64,000 nt of DNA from Eledone cirrhosa (Eukaryota): contig OZ024756.1 in NCBI GenBank assembly GCA_964016885.1, positions 24,242,001 to 24,306,000 on the forward strand. The letters run 5' to 3'. This document shows positions 27,027 through 41,455 of the stretch, in pieces (positions within the stretch are counted from its first letter, which is position 1; each line of letters begins with the position of its first letter). The position numbers and the translations under genes are program-made. Under the pieces are notes generated by a model that saw only the letters and a program-made list of their open reading frames with translations, was not told the origin of the DNA and did no database searches.

Positions 27027-28599
27027 TATATATATATATATACACACACACATATACATATACACATACACACATATAAATTTTAAGCACACATAACCCA
27101 CACACACGCATACACAAACCCCACCACATATACATACACATCACACATAGTCTCACCCTCACCCCATACATACCATCCATACGCGCGCGCACAAGATTCA
27201 AATATTCAAGTTATTTGTGATAACATCTCTGAGCTAGAAAATGACCCAATAAAAATGTATTCCTTCACTTGAAATATCTGGCCGTCACTGGTGTCTACTT
27301 AAAAATACATAACATAAAACAAAATATATTATGAAGAACGTTGTTCTCATATTCTAAGATGTTATGAAATGCCTTATAATATAGGGTGAAGACCCCTTAA
27401 AGACGGGAAAAGAAGTTGTCATCGTCCACTATGAGGAATCGAACCCCATATCTTCCGGATACCGGTGAGGCGCTTTAAACCATTAAACTAAGGGATCAAA
27501 TAAAATATATTTTTAAAAAAAGCTGTATTCTATTCTGTTCGATTAACCCTGAACTTACCTTTCTAACAGTAGAAATATCGATCTCGACACAATTTCTTAA
27601 ATTATAGACGATTAAATTAAAGTTAACCTTAGTAGGATTTGAACTCGTAACATAAAAAAGGCATAACTATGGAAATATCAACAATTTCTATTTCTAAATA
27701 CATTAGTAGAGACTCTTATGATTTGATATTTCTCTATATTGTATGAAGTATTTGTATATGAATCAACTTATGTAAAAATTACATGTGATTGAGTTTATTT
27801 AACTATTTCTAAAAACGATGTTAAGTTTTAATAAGTCTTGGAGCGGTGATCTCTACCACCTGACATTAAAAAGTTTGAGGGTTCAATTAATGTTCATATA
27901 ACAACACTTTAACATATAACTTGAGGATAAAATAAGATGAATATTCAACATATAAATACATAATAGCATGAATAAAATTTCTTAGCAAACGATTAGTAAA
28001 CTTTCTTAAAACTAAAACTAAAACTATTTGACTAATTCTCTGTCGGGTTTTGTTTTTTTTTGGATAACCAAAGGGACATAATAACAAACCACTTAGTCTT
28101 GACAATGTAGTAGTTTGGCAGGAAGAAGTGAAACTGACTTATCTTTAGGAAACTTATTTTATCAGAAATTAAATAAATAAGCAATAAAAAACAACCTATG
28201 TTCATCTCGCTTGATTTTTAAAATATTTTAGTAAAATAAAAATGTCGAATATGTTGGAATTTGATAAATAAATATATGTTAAATATATTTGAAAATAGTA
28301 TTGCTGAGTTAAGCGAAATTTAATTATTAATTTTCAGGTCACTAATGTACTAATTGGAGTGTCAACATATATAAAATAGATAAGGAATACTGCAGCAAAT
28401 TCACCCACCCCCACCAAAAAACCGTTATGTTTCTGTTAACAAGATTTCTATTTTAATTAGCTTTCATAATTAAGATTTATTTGTAGAACGGATCTTTTAA
28501 AGTATAAAGTAAAAAGAGAGAATATAAGCCAGTGTGTCAATGGCAAGAGGTTTCATATAGTCAGGGACACATTAAAGAAAGCACCAGCTGAAAACGAGG

Positions 28600-29223
28600 C
28601 TGTCTGAGGCGGAGGAATATTGAATAACATCAAAATAGTTAAGATGGCGTCACTATCCATCTCCGTTGTCATTAGAAATGTTTGGTGCTACTACGTACAT
28701 GACAAATTGTTGTAAACACTGTAGTGATTAAATATCTACTGCAGTGCTAAACATTATTTCATTCCGTTTACTAAACCGTGATGTCTGTATATCCGCCGGC
28801 CAACACCAACACCTGCGACATCAACAAGATCAGGAGGCGGGAGAAGCTGTTAACAGTATTGCATTTAGAAGTGCTGTTAGTTTCTATTATTTTCTTCTTT
28901 ATCAGCCTGTCACATGTATAATCTTCGTTGTTAGTGTTTCTTACCAAATTCTTAATAATGATTTGGACGTCTGTATTGATCATCTAAATCTAAGTGTTAA
29001 CGTCTGATAGCAGGAATGAAAATACTTCCCCAGGCCTGGAGATACGTCTTTTTTAGCCCTGGGACGAGATGACAACAGCATCAGCAAATATTTCAACTCT
29101 ACCAAACGTAATTACGTTATTTTTTAAAACTTATCAAATATAATCTCAACAACAGTAATAATCACTCGCACTGGAACTTTATTGAGGATAAATTTACTAC
29201 ACTAACTTTCTCTTCGGGTGAGA
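28600..29223 (+). promoter_or_regulatory. Candidate USF3 promoter / non-coding first exon
   Basis: Repeat-free and relatively CpG-rich; YY1-like AAGATGGCG at 28641-28649; donor CGG|GTGAGA at 29217/29218. Inference only. Confidence 0.3.
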
Positions 29224-31914
29224 GCAATTTTTTTCTTTTCTTTTCTCTAAAACATCTGTTTATATTGTGTACATGCTCACCCACTTAAAACCTCTCCCAT
29301 CTCTCTCTATATATACAACATATATCTGAATACAATACTCTGAATACATGCTTGTCATCTGTTTCGCTTGCAATATATTTTACTAAAGATTTAGTTGGGG
29401 TTTTTTCAAATATTTCCTGTTTCTCTTCTATCAGAAATCCTGATGTCGTTTGAAGCTCTTAATCTTAACCACAAACTTTTAGCCACTGGTTATCTTACAC
29501 ATGTCAAATTAATTTTTAAACCAATCTGTAACCATTTAGTTAAAATTGTTTGTTTAATTTAAAGCCATTTCCTTTCTCCGTAGTAGAATAATTAAAAAAA
29601 TAGTCATCAAACTTATATGATTTTGTATGATTTTGTAGAACATTATGCCTATCCATCGTAGTACCAACTGCTTTGTTACAGCACAAACTGGTCTTTAGTC
29701 TCTTAGTAGTGCTCGTAACTAGCGCCGTTGTTTTTAGCCAGTCTTATTTATTGTACAAAATTCTCCTATATCTATATATCTATTTGTAAAATTGTAACTC
29801 CATTGTAAGTGTGTGTCTTTCTCGCTATAAACGAGAGACGAAGGAGATAAAGATTTAACTGTTTGTTTACTATTGTTTTGGAGGAAATGTTCGGTTTGTG
29901 CCACTTTCTTCCTGGATCCTGTACACTGAACAAGCCACTGTCGTAGTAACACTAGACTTATCCTCTTAATTTCCTCTCGTCTATACTTTTTTTTTAATTC
30001 TTATTTTAAACTCATTATATTTCTAATTGAAGCTCTTAATCTTAACTATATTTGTAATTTGGCTTCCTTCTTTCTAATTTCCATAATTATCACATTTCCG
30101 CGTACATTTTGAAGTGACTGATTAATTGATCATCGAAACCAACTTTATACGATTGCGATATAAATCGATATTATTTATAAATTCGAACCAGAAACCTTAC
30201 TATGTAGGATGGTAGGGGAGGGGAGTGTTAAAAATCTTTAGATTTGGAAAGTGTTAACATAAACAATGATTTGCATACAATATTTAATGACAAATGACAA
30301 TCATCATCTTGGTTTTCAATTTGTTTAATTATCTTAATAAAAGGGATTGCTTTGTTTTGTTTTGTTTGGGTTTTTTTCGAATCCCTTCGCCGTTATTTGT
30401 AATAGTTGTAATTATTATTATAATTCATAATTCAATTTTAACGATGTGCACTCCTTAACTCTTATTGATTAGATTGCTCATATATTAGACGAGTTCACGA
30501 TAATCTATTTTTGTTAAGTCATACCTAGTTGCTGGTTTATATTTACAATATGGCTAAATAATCAATATTATCTCCTGGAGTTCTTTAATACTAATTCAAT
30601 TTATTAGTATTCTACTACATAAATATGTCTTAAAACGTATTTTCAAATATTTAATCGCTGTAAGAATTTAAAAAAAAAAAGAAACCCCACTTCATCGTTT
30701 AATTATATCTTTATTTGTTTTATTTAAGTGTTATTAATTGCTTGATTGATCGGTTTTTAAATAAATAAATATATATATATATATATATTTATATATATTA
30801 TCTTTTGTCCATGTTAATAATACCCCCAATTATTTGAGAGACGGCCACACACATTGACCGGCTAATTTTTATGAAATTAAGTGTGCAGGTGTTTGTAAAA
30901 AGAAAAAAGAAAGAAAGTAGTTAGTATTTCATGTGATTGAACTCTTGCAATTTACACTAGCAATTTACACTCAAGTGATCATTTTTTTGTCGACACCCCC
31001 TCCCCCCCTTTTTAATATTGTAAGAATTGATTATCGTCTTTTTAAATGTATCATGGATTATATTTATAATGTTTGTAGTGCGCTAGGATATAAAAATCGA
31101 ATTAAATCTATTTCTTTAGAAAAACATTTAATAGTTTTTATTTATTTATTTATTTTGCTTGTTTTCCCCAGTAAAAATAGTTAAATCTATTAAATTGGTT
31201 ATATAACTGCACACTTCCTAATTTTTTTTACATATCCCCAATAAAGTACACTCCAAAATCAAATTAAATTTTAATGTGTGCCAGTTTATGCAAGATTTAA
31301 TTTTAATATGTCAAAGAACGAAATTTTAATAAATTGTTATTGACGGTTAATGTTGTTGACACTAGCAAAAATTAAACAAAGAGAACAGCTGAGTCAGTAC
31401 TTTAGTTGGGGGTTAGAAGTAAAATAACCTAAAACTCTTAATAGTAAAAAAAACTCTAGGTAGATTTTCTTCCTTGGCTAATTTTTATGATATATATCAA
31501 TAAACATTTCCTAAATTAGTGTCTTGAAATTATTTAAAAACCATCCACCAGCTTTGTTTGTGAAGAATGTGGGACGCACTTGAATTTTTTTTATTTAGAT
31601 TATGGAAGTAAGTCTAGATAATTAATGTCTTTATTTTTCTGTTACAAACTAGTTTGGAATCGGACGTTGCATGTGCTGTCTATACATTTTTATAGATGTT
31701 TATATATATATTTATATAATCGTTTTTTTACGTCCTCTTTTTCATGGGTTGGATGAGACTTTTTTTAAGACAGTATTATACGACCGGATGTCCTTCTTGA
31801 TGCCAGCCAACCTTGATTTTTTTTTTTAGTAAGGTAGTGAGCTACAGGACGTAAACAAGCGTTACTAGCTGCCCAACCAGTGTTAATGAGAGGTAGAAAC
31901 GCACACACACATTC

Positions 31915-32330
31915 CAGATGTGGAATGAAAACCTAAAATTGAAAGGCCTCAGTGTAAACTTAATAAAAGGAAAGATGACAGTGCCTTGCTGTCATCACAG
32001 AAATGGTTGTTTTTGTTATACAGAAAAAGGTGTAGGTAGGAATTCCATATGGTGTACACATTGTAAACTACAAGTACACAAGAGATGTAGTGAGATCACT
32101 GACGGGTGGGTAGACAGAGAAGATAGATTCTGTTGGTAGCAGATGTACAGAAGTAGCTGGTAATGAAAGGACCAGTAAAATAAATTATTTCCAATGTTTG
32201 GAAGGTTCCTTAGAAGTAATTGATAGCTTCTGTTACCTCTGTGGCCCAATTAGCAGTGAAGAAGAGTGCTCTAAAAGTATAGTAGCTATATTAAGAATAA
32301 GGTGGGGAAACAAGTTCAAGGAGCTATTAC
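31915..32330 (+). mobile_element. LINE remnant with PHD-like zinc finger (RTE-like)
   Basis: GLSVNL.K...KGVGRNSIWCTHCKLQVHKRCSEIT...; related pieces at 34010-35200 and 36010-36530. Confidence 0.65.
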
Positions 32331-32338
32331 TATATATA

Positions 32339-32523
32339 ACGAAGGAAATGTGGTAAGGAACCAGGTGGACCATAACGCACCAAAGTACTCAATACTTAGG
32401 GTAGTAGAGTGGGTAATAGGAACCAGTAAGACCCCGACGGCTGAGCTCAAGCCGTTTCGACGGCTAATTCAGCCGTCGAAACGGCTTGAGCTCAGCCGTC
32501 GGGGTCTTACTGGTTCCTATTAC
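32339..32523 (-). mobile_element. Fold-back element family A, copy A3
   Basis: Perfect 53-bp arms (32413-32465 / 32471-32523); 15-bp flanking direct repeat CTATTACTATATATA. Confidence 0.8.
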
Positions 32524-32789
32524 TATATATATATATATATCTAATCCAAAGCTTTCTCGCTCCTGTTGGAGGAACCCCTCCATGGTTGACCTCTACCACT
32601 TTATTTTGGGTTTGGGTCATGTCAGGGATGTAGCCGTACTCACCATGCTTAGCCAATTGCAGGTTGGTGAGGCTATTTAACCAATAGTTGCGGTGGTTAT
32701 TCGTCCTTTTAATAATTCTTGTTTTTTGTGCTGCTGGGGTGCCAGTACCAGGTTGAAGGCTGACCTGTGTGTATGTATATATATATATA

Positions 32790-32835
<46 letters not shown>

Positions 32836-33034
32836 CACACACACGTTTATATATCATCGAATCGTGGTTTTTAGGATAGGTATACTGTATCCCTGCATGT
32901 TGTAAGACGCAAAAAGGTTGGTATTAGGAAGGGCATCTTGCTGTAAAAAAAATCCTGTCCAACTTATGCCAGTATAGAAAAGTAGAATAGAATAGTAAAC
33001 ACAGTGTTGGTTATATACGTATATTCATGTAGGC

Positions 33035-35200
33035 TATAGACTTGGTGTCCGAAATGAAGAGGGATCAAGACTTCTGAAGTTTTGTGTTGGAAATTATCCG
33101 ACAATTTACAAAACCAACTTCAGAAAACTAACCAGCCACTGGATCTCCTACCAATCAGAAGGATTAAACAAGTCAGATCAACTTTATTCTCACTAAAAAA
33201 ACAAAACGAGATAAACTGATCGTTGTATATTTCAAGTCTTTCCCTGATGAAGCATGCACTAGCCAGCACATAGACAGGTGATTAGCAACTTCAGTGTAAG
33301 AGCAAGAAGTATGGACAAACCAAAGACAATATGGAAACTAAAAGAACCACAAAACACCCTTAGATTTAGAGACATGCTGGCTGAAGCTCTTGACTAGGAA
33401 GATGAGGAATTAGTCCTATAACATAGAGAGGAAAAAGAGGAAACTCCTTTGAGACAACCTGAAGGCCACAGATGAGGTTTGTGGTTGGGACAAAGTACCA
33501 GCCAAGTGACATGGTGGTGGTACAATACTGTAGTTAGAGCCATAAAAACTAAGAGATAAGCTTTGGGAAGTCTGGAGTAGCAAGCGATTACACCAAGTAA
33601 CTAGAAGAGTGGCTAGATGTCAGATCTATGAAGCAAGAGGGAAAGTTGATAGAACAAAGATTGCCAATGTTCTGTGACTGCAACGTGAGAATCAGAGGCA
33701 TAAAATGTTCCAGATCACAAGATAGTGTGCCAGGGAAAACTTAGATGTGGGAGAGAAGAATGTGCAGAATGACAACGATGAAAGATCCATAGAAATGTTA
33801 GGATGAGAGGCTATTGAATTGGGAGAGTAAGGATCTGCTCCAAATAGACCTTATTGAGGAACCAGCCATCAGAGTTGACAGCAGTATGGTAGGTAATGGG
33901 GGAACATTTCTTCTCTAGTTCTTCTATCATTTCAGCTATAAGGGCTAGATTACCAGCATATAGGAAATCTCAGACAAACAAACTTGAATTCTTCTGTTAT
34001 AACCGAGAGGACTATAAGCAACGGGAGAGACTTTGTATGTGGCAAATGCACAGGAGTAATCAACATTAGGGATACTCAAGAAATAAACTCTCTGAAATGT
34101 TCAGAAGGTTCACTGGAAGTGATAGAAAACTTCTGCTGTTTTAGGTGACTCCATTAGTTGTAAAGGTGGATGTACTGAAAGTGTCATAACCACAGTGAGA
34201 ACGTGGTGCAGGAAGTTCAGGAAGATATCACTTCTGCTGGCAACAAAAGCCTTTTCTCAGACTGAGGGGCAGATTACTTGATGCATGTGTTTGAACTGCA
34301 ATGCTGCATGACAGTAAAACATGGGCCTTTAGTGCAGAAGTTTTGCGGCAGCTAAAAACAAATGAAGCAAGTATGCTTCGCTGAATGTATAACATTAGTG
34401 TATGTGAATGATATAGTGCAAGTAAACAGAGAGAAGTTGAGAATAAGCAGAATTGAATGTAGTATACAAGAGAGACGATTTTGCTGGTACGGTCATGTGG
34501 TGCATAAGGAGAATGAGAGCTGTATTAAAAAAATGCTGACCACCTCAAATGGTTGAAACCTGTGGAAAGATGTGGGATGAAAGAACCTCACAAAAGAGAT
34601 GACATATAACCAAGCAGACTAGTGATATGCCATAATATATATTTAAAAAAATATTCACCCATACAAGCACTATGGCACTAAAAGTATGCATGATAGCGAT
34701 TAACGGACCTTGATTGCAGAGGATTTGAGACAGCTGAAAAGAAATGAAGCCCATATGATCCAGTAGATGTATAATGTTAGTTTGCATGAATGATGGAGTA
34801 CAAATAAGCTGAGAGATAAACTAAATATAAGAGGAATCGGATGTAATGTGCAAGAGAGAAGACTATGATAGTATAGGTATGTGATAAACTAAATATAAGA
34901 GGAATCAGATGAAGTGTGCAAGAGAGAAGACTAATAGTATAGGCATGTGATAAACTAAATATCAGAGGAATCAGACATAGTGTACAAGAGAGAAGACTGT
35001 GATAGTATAGGCATGTGATACATATGGAGGATGTCAGTGGTATAAAAAATATATATTCAGAGTGATTGAAGTAAATGGAAAACCTGTGGAAGAGAGGAAA
35101 ACTAAAAAGACATGGGATGTAGTGAAGACTGACCTAAAAAGCTGAACCTCATGAAAGAGATAGAAAGGACTATAACTAGTGGTGTGCAGAAGACTTCCTC
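33035..35200 (+). mobile_element. Highly degraded RTE-like LINE (APE endonuclease to C-terminus), with internal ~60-bp triplication near 34815-35020
   Basis: G.RNEEG.RLL.FC-like motif, TWW, zinc finger, ERR..WYGHV remnants. Confidence 0.65.
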
Positions 35201-36009
35201 ATTGGTGCAGGCTTGACAATAAATAGACTAGATGCTAAAATTAAAATAATGGTGGTAGTAGTGAAGTCTAGAATATTTAATATATCATTAACCCTTTTTA
35301 TATCAACCAACCTGAAACTGCCCTAGTCTTATGGTACACAACTGCTCATTTTAAAATGTTCATACTTATTTATGTAAACCTTCCATCATAATTTTATTCA
35401 AGAAATTTTTGTTAAACATCAGCTTACTAATAAAATGGTTAATTATTTCATTAAATGTTTTTACATTTTCAAAATTAATTGATACACATAGGCAGTGTAT
35501 TTCATTGGAAATATGGTAACAAAGAGGTTAACACTCTTAAACATTTTACTTCTGTTAAGTTTCCATCAACTGCTATATTAGCTAATCTCCCATCTATCAA
35601 CCCCCATTCTATTCACTGACACACTGACTGAGTAATAAGAGAGAGATTTTGATTTGTCTTTACTTAACGCTTCCACCATCTTTCATTATCATTAGTGGAT
35701 TGACAGTATCGGTAGAGCATTGGACAACATGCTTCGCAGCATAGTTACGTCCCTTTACATTGAGTTCAAATCCCGCTGAGGTTAGCTTTGCCTTTCATCT
35801 TAACAGGTTTGATAAAATAAAGTACTAGTAATTCACTGGGGTCAATTTAATCAACTTTCTCCTCCCCCAAAATTGTTAGCCTTGTGCCTAAATCAGAAAC
35901 CATTATTATTTTACCTTTATTGCCATCACCCATGATTACTCCCTTGTCAACAGAAGTAGCTGCTGCCTGAACTTTTTCTTCCTTCTTATTCTGGTTACTC
36001 TGCTTTCAG

Positions 36010-36530
36010 AGCACATTCATTCACTGCTAATTAGGTCATCTAGGTAATACAAGCTATCAACTACTTCTATTGCAGAGACCTTGTATTGAAACAAACTTAT
36101 TTCACTGGTGCTCTTACAGGTAGCTACCTCTCTACATCTACTACACACAAAATCCCTTTTCTCTGTTAACCTGCCTGTAATAACAGTACACATACTGTGC
36201 ACCCATATGTTACACTGGATAAACTGTATGTAGTTTCACTCAACTCCTTTTCTGCATATCAAACGTGATCATTTTCCTGAAGGCAGCAGCGTCCTGTTTT
36301 CTTTCCTTCTTGCTAAAACTCTATAGTCTTTGCTAAGTTCACTCTTTATTTCCATGTCTATATTCAAAACTATAGGAACCAGGTCATAAGCTTCTCTGTT
36401 ATGACCAGGAGGATTATAATAAACAGGAGCAAGCTGAAAGTTGAGCCTTGAGTGACACCTCTACCAGCACACTGAATTCCTCACTAAACTCATTGCCTAC
36501 TTTCATTTTGCTTAGCGCATCTTTGTACTT
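36010..36530 (-). mobile_element. RTE-like LINE remnant with PHD-like finger
   Basis: ITGRLTEKRDFVCSRC...IEVVDSLYYLDDLISSE; GVTQGS-like motif upstream. Confidence 0.6.
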
Positions 36531-39160
36531 TTTCTTAACAAGATTATATATAGATATGTTTTCAAAGATGTAGATTATGATTAAGTTAATGAAAATTAGT
36601 TTTTAGTTAATTTTTATTTCTTAATAGTTTCATTATTGAATGCTTCCATTCATTAATGCTTTCATTACTGTATGCTTTTAATCTGTATTTGTAATTGGCT
36701 AAACATAAACTCAGAAATGTTTTCATCTTGCCATCCAATTTCATGTTGGTAATAAATAATAGTTTCTAATTTAGGCACAAGGCCCACAATTTTTAGAGAA
36801 GGGGGCTATATTGACCCCACTACTTTAATGCTACTTTATTTTATTGACCTCGGCAGGCAGAAAGGCAAAGTTGACCTCAACAGAATTTGAACTCAGAATG
36901 TAGTACGTTGTTACTAAATACCACAAAGCAATTTGTCTGACACTACTGATACTGCTATATTTGGTAAAAAATAATTTGAAAATCATAGGCAGTGGCTTTC
37001 ATTATAAATATGGTAACAAAAGTATTAAAGACATAGGCAGTGTCTTTCAGAAACATTTTTTCATGTTGTCGGGACACTGTATCCTTCAAAACTTCCATGC
37101 TTCCCGAAATTCGCCAACACTACACCTGATATTCCCCCTCTATATGCATGCACATATGTGTGTCTATGTCTGTGTGTATATCATAACTCATACACTGTTC
37201 ACTTTCCTGATATTTGTACATTATTCTGTGCTATACATGCACCTTTGATGAGTTGCAGTGCACTTGAGCATTGTAGACAATGATTTTCATTATTATTATA
37301 TAAAAAGTATAAACACAGGCTGTGTCTTTCACTAGAAATAAAAAGTTTTGAGGGATTTATTAATATAATTAACTTTCCCATTATTAAGCTAGCGTTAGGA
37401 ACGTAACTTACTATAAAATGTTCTGATAAATATAAGTACTTTAAAACAAACAGCTATATATTATAGGTCGTTTGGTATCAAAAGGGTTGAAACCATTTTC
37501 TCTGCTAAAACACTCCTTCCAGCGGGTCCTGTCAGAAGCAACCATTTCCAAGACCAACCAAGCTCATGGGTGTTATCCAACCATCTTGCTTGGGGTCTAC
37601 TCCTGGGTCTTCTGCTGGTTGGTTTTGCCCATAAAATCTGTCCATTCCAAAATGACTGTTCCAGTTGTTTAATTAATGGAACAGCATGATCATTAATGAA
37701 ATTTATGTACAAGTGACACAAACTTATGTACAGAAACACAAACTCTTTATATAATTCTCAAAGAAATTCAGAATGAGTGTGTGACAAGGCTGACTCTTGA
37801 ATTCCAGGTTCAATTCATCCCATCATCTTCCATCTACCCAATTTCACTCAAGGTTTCAGTCAATCCGAGGCTATGGTAAAGGTGTCATGCAGTGGGATTG
37901 AATCAGGGACTTAATGATTGTAAAATGAACTTGTTAACCATTTGGCCATGCTGCCTCCATTATCCACATAGTAGTATTTGTCCAAGACCATATTTATTTA
38001 AATATCCATATAGAGTTAGTAAGCCATGACAGACTAGGGGAAGTATCTAGTGTTTCTTTCAGTTGAAAAACAAAACAACAAGATAGACAGAAGTAAGTGA
38101 ATATAAGAATAAAAATGTTTCAATAGGGAAGGCCAATCGAATGCAAAATAAGCATAAGAAAAAAGGGAAAATAAAGGAGGCTGTAAATCAGCGAAAAGTT
38201 TCTTCTGTTGAATCTTTTCGTAACATCCATGTACAAGATTTTGTTTATAGTTGATATATCTGTTACAATATATTGTATCGACAATTTTGGTAGTTTTTTT
38301 ATTATGGTTGGATTCAAGATATCCTCTCTCTCAGACAGATAGTTTCTAGATTGGAACAAATAGTGCCAAAGAGTTTCTGTGAAGTCATCACAAGAATATA
38401 GAGGTGATTCTGTATGACCTGTTCATGATAAAATGTAGTTTAAAGCCACCATATGGTACTGTCAGTTTATTACAATATTATGTATCAGTCCATCTCCGAT
38501 CAATTCTAGTTGCTCTTTTTTCTAAGGAGAATTGTTTCTTGTTCAATATTTCCTATTTTTATGCCAAAATCAAACTTTGGAAAAATATTTTTTGAGTTTT
38601 GGAGCAAAATAATTTAATACAGTATTATTATTTTTTTTTATATTGAACAAATCCAATCTGATATTTTTTAAAGTGTATGGTTCCAAATAGAAAAAAGCTC
38701 AAAAGAGTTCCTTTGTGCTATGTTGAACAGTGATTATTATATATTTACAAGTATTTTCACTCACATTTGTTACCTATTTACAGTGGCAAATGTAGGGATT
38801 AGAAAGCAAACTTCATATTGTAACAACACTTTTGTGTGTAAATTTTAAAGAGTTACACACTTGGCATGTTATTATTATTATAATTATATTCATAGTTTTT
38901 GTATATAGGATGTTGGCAGATTTTTGTCCTCAAATTTTTGGGTAAAGGAATGCATCTTATATACTGAAAAATATAGTAAATTTCTTCAGATCTGGTTTAT
39001 GTTTTAACTTGATTTAAAAAAAAAAAAGAAATTATTTCTGAGTAAAACAATGAATAGTGTAATTTATACGGCACCTCTGTCCATTGCAGAGTATTGAATT
39101 GCAAAACAGAAGAATATACATTGCTAATATGTACAAGTGTCATGGCTTTTTAGAAGAAAG

Positions 39161-39201
39161 ATGGAAAATAGGTTCAAAATCAGTCAACCAACAATAGAAA
39201 G
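39161..39201 (+). CDS. USF3: USF3-like bHLH-ZIP transcription factor, coding exon 1 (MENRFKISQPTIE-S)
   Basis: ATG with upstream in-frame TAA; AG|GTAAGT donor; phase 2 fits exon 2; candidate acceptor at 39089/39090. Confidence 0.7.
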
Positions 39202-40099
39202 GTAAGTTTGTGCAGTGATTGTTAGTGAATGGTTTTTATTTATGTCAGAATAATCTGTTTATTTGGTAAGAAGGCTTTATATAAAAAGAAAACCAAACGT
39301 TTTAAGGCCATTTTCTCTGCTAAAGAAGGCTTTAACCTTGCAAGCCACATGACAAGCTTCTCTTTTTGCCCTTCCATCTGTATCAGGCTTTTACTAACTT
39401 CCATTTCCTCCCTTCATCTTTAGCCACATTATTTCTGAACTTTTCTTTCCTCTACTTCATTCCACATTCATTTTTATCACTCCTCTCACTCGGCCCAACC
39501 ATCTCATTTCATTTCTCTTCACAGCATCCATCACTTTCCAGCCTTCTCTGCTGCTCTACACATGTTCCTCATCCATATCTCACTCTCATAAATTATAGTA
39601 CTCACACACGCAACATACATGTTTCCTTTCAGCTTCAGTGAAACTCCCCTCCTCATTAGCATACCTCTCAGTTCCCCTGGAACTTCTTCCATGCACATTT
39701 CACTCCAGTTATTGTCAATAATTAGAAAATAACTAATTTCTTTAAAGTTATATCATCAAAATCTGGTTAAGTTATTCAGTTTGTTTTACTTAGTCATACC
39801 ATTCATCTTGATCTTGCATGACGTGACATATGGGAAGTCAGCTGGGCAACATACCATGTCTGTACAGAGCTGGTCATTTTAAAATTTCAAACACTTTCAG
39901 CACTTCAATAATTCATAAAGTTTGTTAACATACATGAGTCTTGCTGTAGGTATTTTAAGCTGTGATCATGCCACAGCTACCTCAGTAACTGTGTGGTAAT
40001 GCCATCTAAATCCAGGGTCTTCTCACTCCTGTTGGAAGAACCCCTACCTGATTGACCACCACTGCTTCCTATCTCTGACCATACTGGGCCATGTGAGGT

Positions 40100-40500
40100 A
40101 TTAGGTCAGACTGTCACACCCTATTACCTTTGGCCACCCTCTGATTTTTCTCCATTGCCTTGGTGTCCACTCTGTTGCTCTAATAGTTTACCTGTTGTTT
40201 CTGAGGCAAGAGACATGGCCATCCCATCTATGTTTGCCCTTTTTTGATGGTCTCGATTATGTCCTTCACTCCAGTTTGCTGTTAAATCCAAGTGTTGCTC
40301 TTCCTGTCCTGTAAGTTGATGCTGAGCATGATTTGCTCCATTTTACGTTGGGCCACTGCAAGAGTCTCACAACAGTGGTAGTGTTGGGTATCCATTTCTC
40401 ACTTCCATAAGTCATCACCGGCAGAACATATTCATTAAACAGCTTTCTCTTGGTTCTGATTGTTAACTTTGAAATAGTTTATAACATCATTAGAGAATGC
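40100..40500 (-). mobile_element. RTE LINE C-terminal remnant (related piece at 56130-56370)
   Basis: VLPVMTYGSE.W...AVAQRKME..ML.I.L.DRK.NTWI...WDGHV. Confidence 0.7.
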
Positions 40501-41455
40501 CATATACTGTAGTATTTCAGGATTTATTAATCAATCATATACATATAAGGTGTAAGATGAGATCATATAGATATAAGATGTAGGATGAGAAAACAAGCAT
40601 TAAATAACATGATACTTTTAATTCAAAAGCTATAGTTATGTCTACAATTATGAACATTACTGAACAAACCAAAATAAGGCCTAACAATTCTTCTCTTCAC
40701 TGCTTATTTATTCATTTTCTCCAATGTTTATTTATATTTTTTTTTTTACTGAGTTCTCTCTTGTTTGATGCAAACACTACCATTTTCCTTGAATTCTAGT
40801 ATTTGTATTTCACAAATAATTTTTTGTTTCTTTTTTAATCCTTTTGATACCAAACCAACTGAAACCACCCCTGATTCTATGACACCAAGCTGTTTATTAT
40901 ATTTTTTCATAAAAACCTTTCCTAAGTTGTTCCAAACACTAGCTTAATAATGAAAAAATTAGTTATATTACTAAATCCCTCAAAATTCTTCATTATTTTA
41001 AAAACTTTTTGAAAATCATAGGCAGTATCTTTCTTTAGAAATATGGTAATGAAAGGGTTAAAATGTATATATCTAAAAACTTTCCATTATAATTTTTAAA
41101 TCTGGACAGATTTACTAAAATTATTATTTCATTATTTAGTTGGTATTTGTAACATAACTTAACATATGGTTCTTATATAAAATTATGTTGGGAGATTTTA
41201 GTTTAAACAGGCACACTTTAAAGTAGGTGGTTTGGTTTTATAGAACCAGGGGCAGTTTTGAGTGGGTGAGTTTGTATCAAAGGGGTTAATTTGGTATATG
41301 AAATTCTAATTTTTTTTTTTTTTTCTATGGAAAAAAATCTGAACTAAATTTAGGCAGTCAGATTTATATCTTCTTTTTTGGAGAATTTTCTTCTAAAAAA
41401 AATCTTTTAAGCATACATTATAAGTATTTTTTCTCTTTATTTTATAAATATTTAG

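Noticed and set aside
27380-27495. tRNA-like sequence on the minus strand
   Set aside because: A/B boxes are present but the acceptor stem does not pair; a SINE head or tRNA pseudogene.
28744-29007. 87-aa ORF in the putative promoter island
   Set aside because: GTG start, no recognisable motif or supporting splice structure.
32413-32523. Hairpins as MITE TIRs, terminators or conserved pre-miRNAs
   Set aside because: Palindromes are one-sided (unique tail beyond one arm), vary in axis between copies, and family B has a non-inverted copy.
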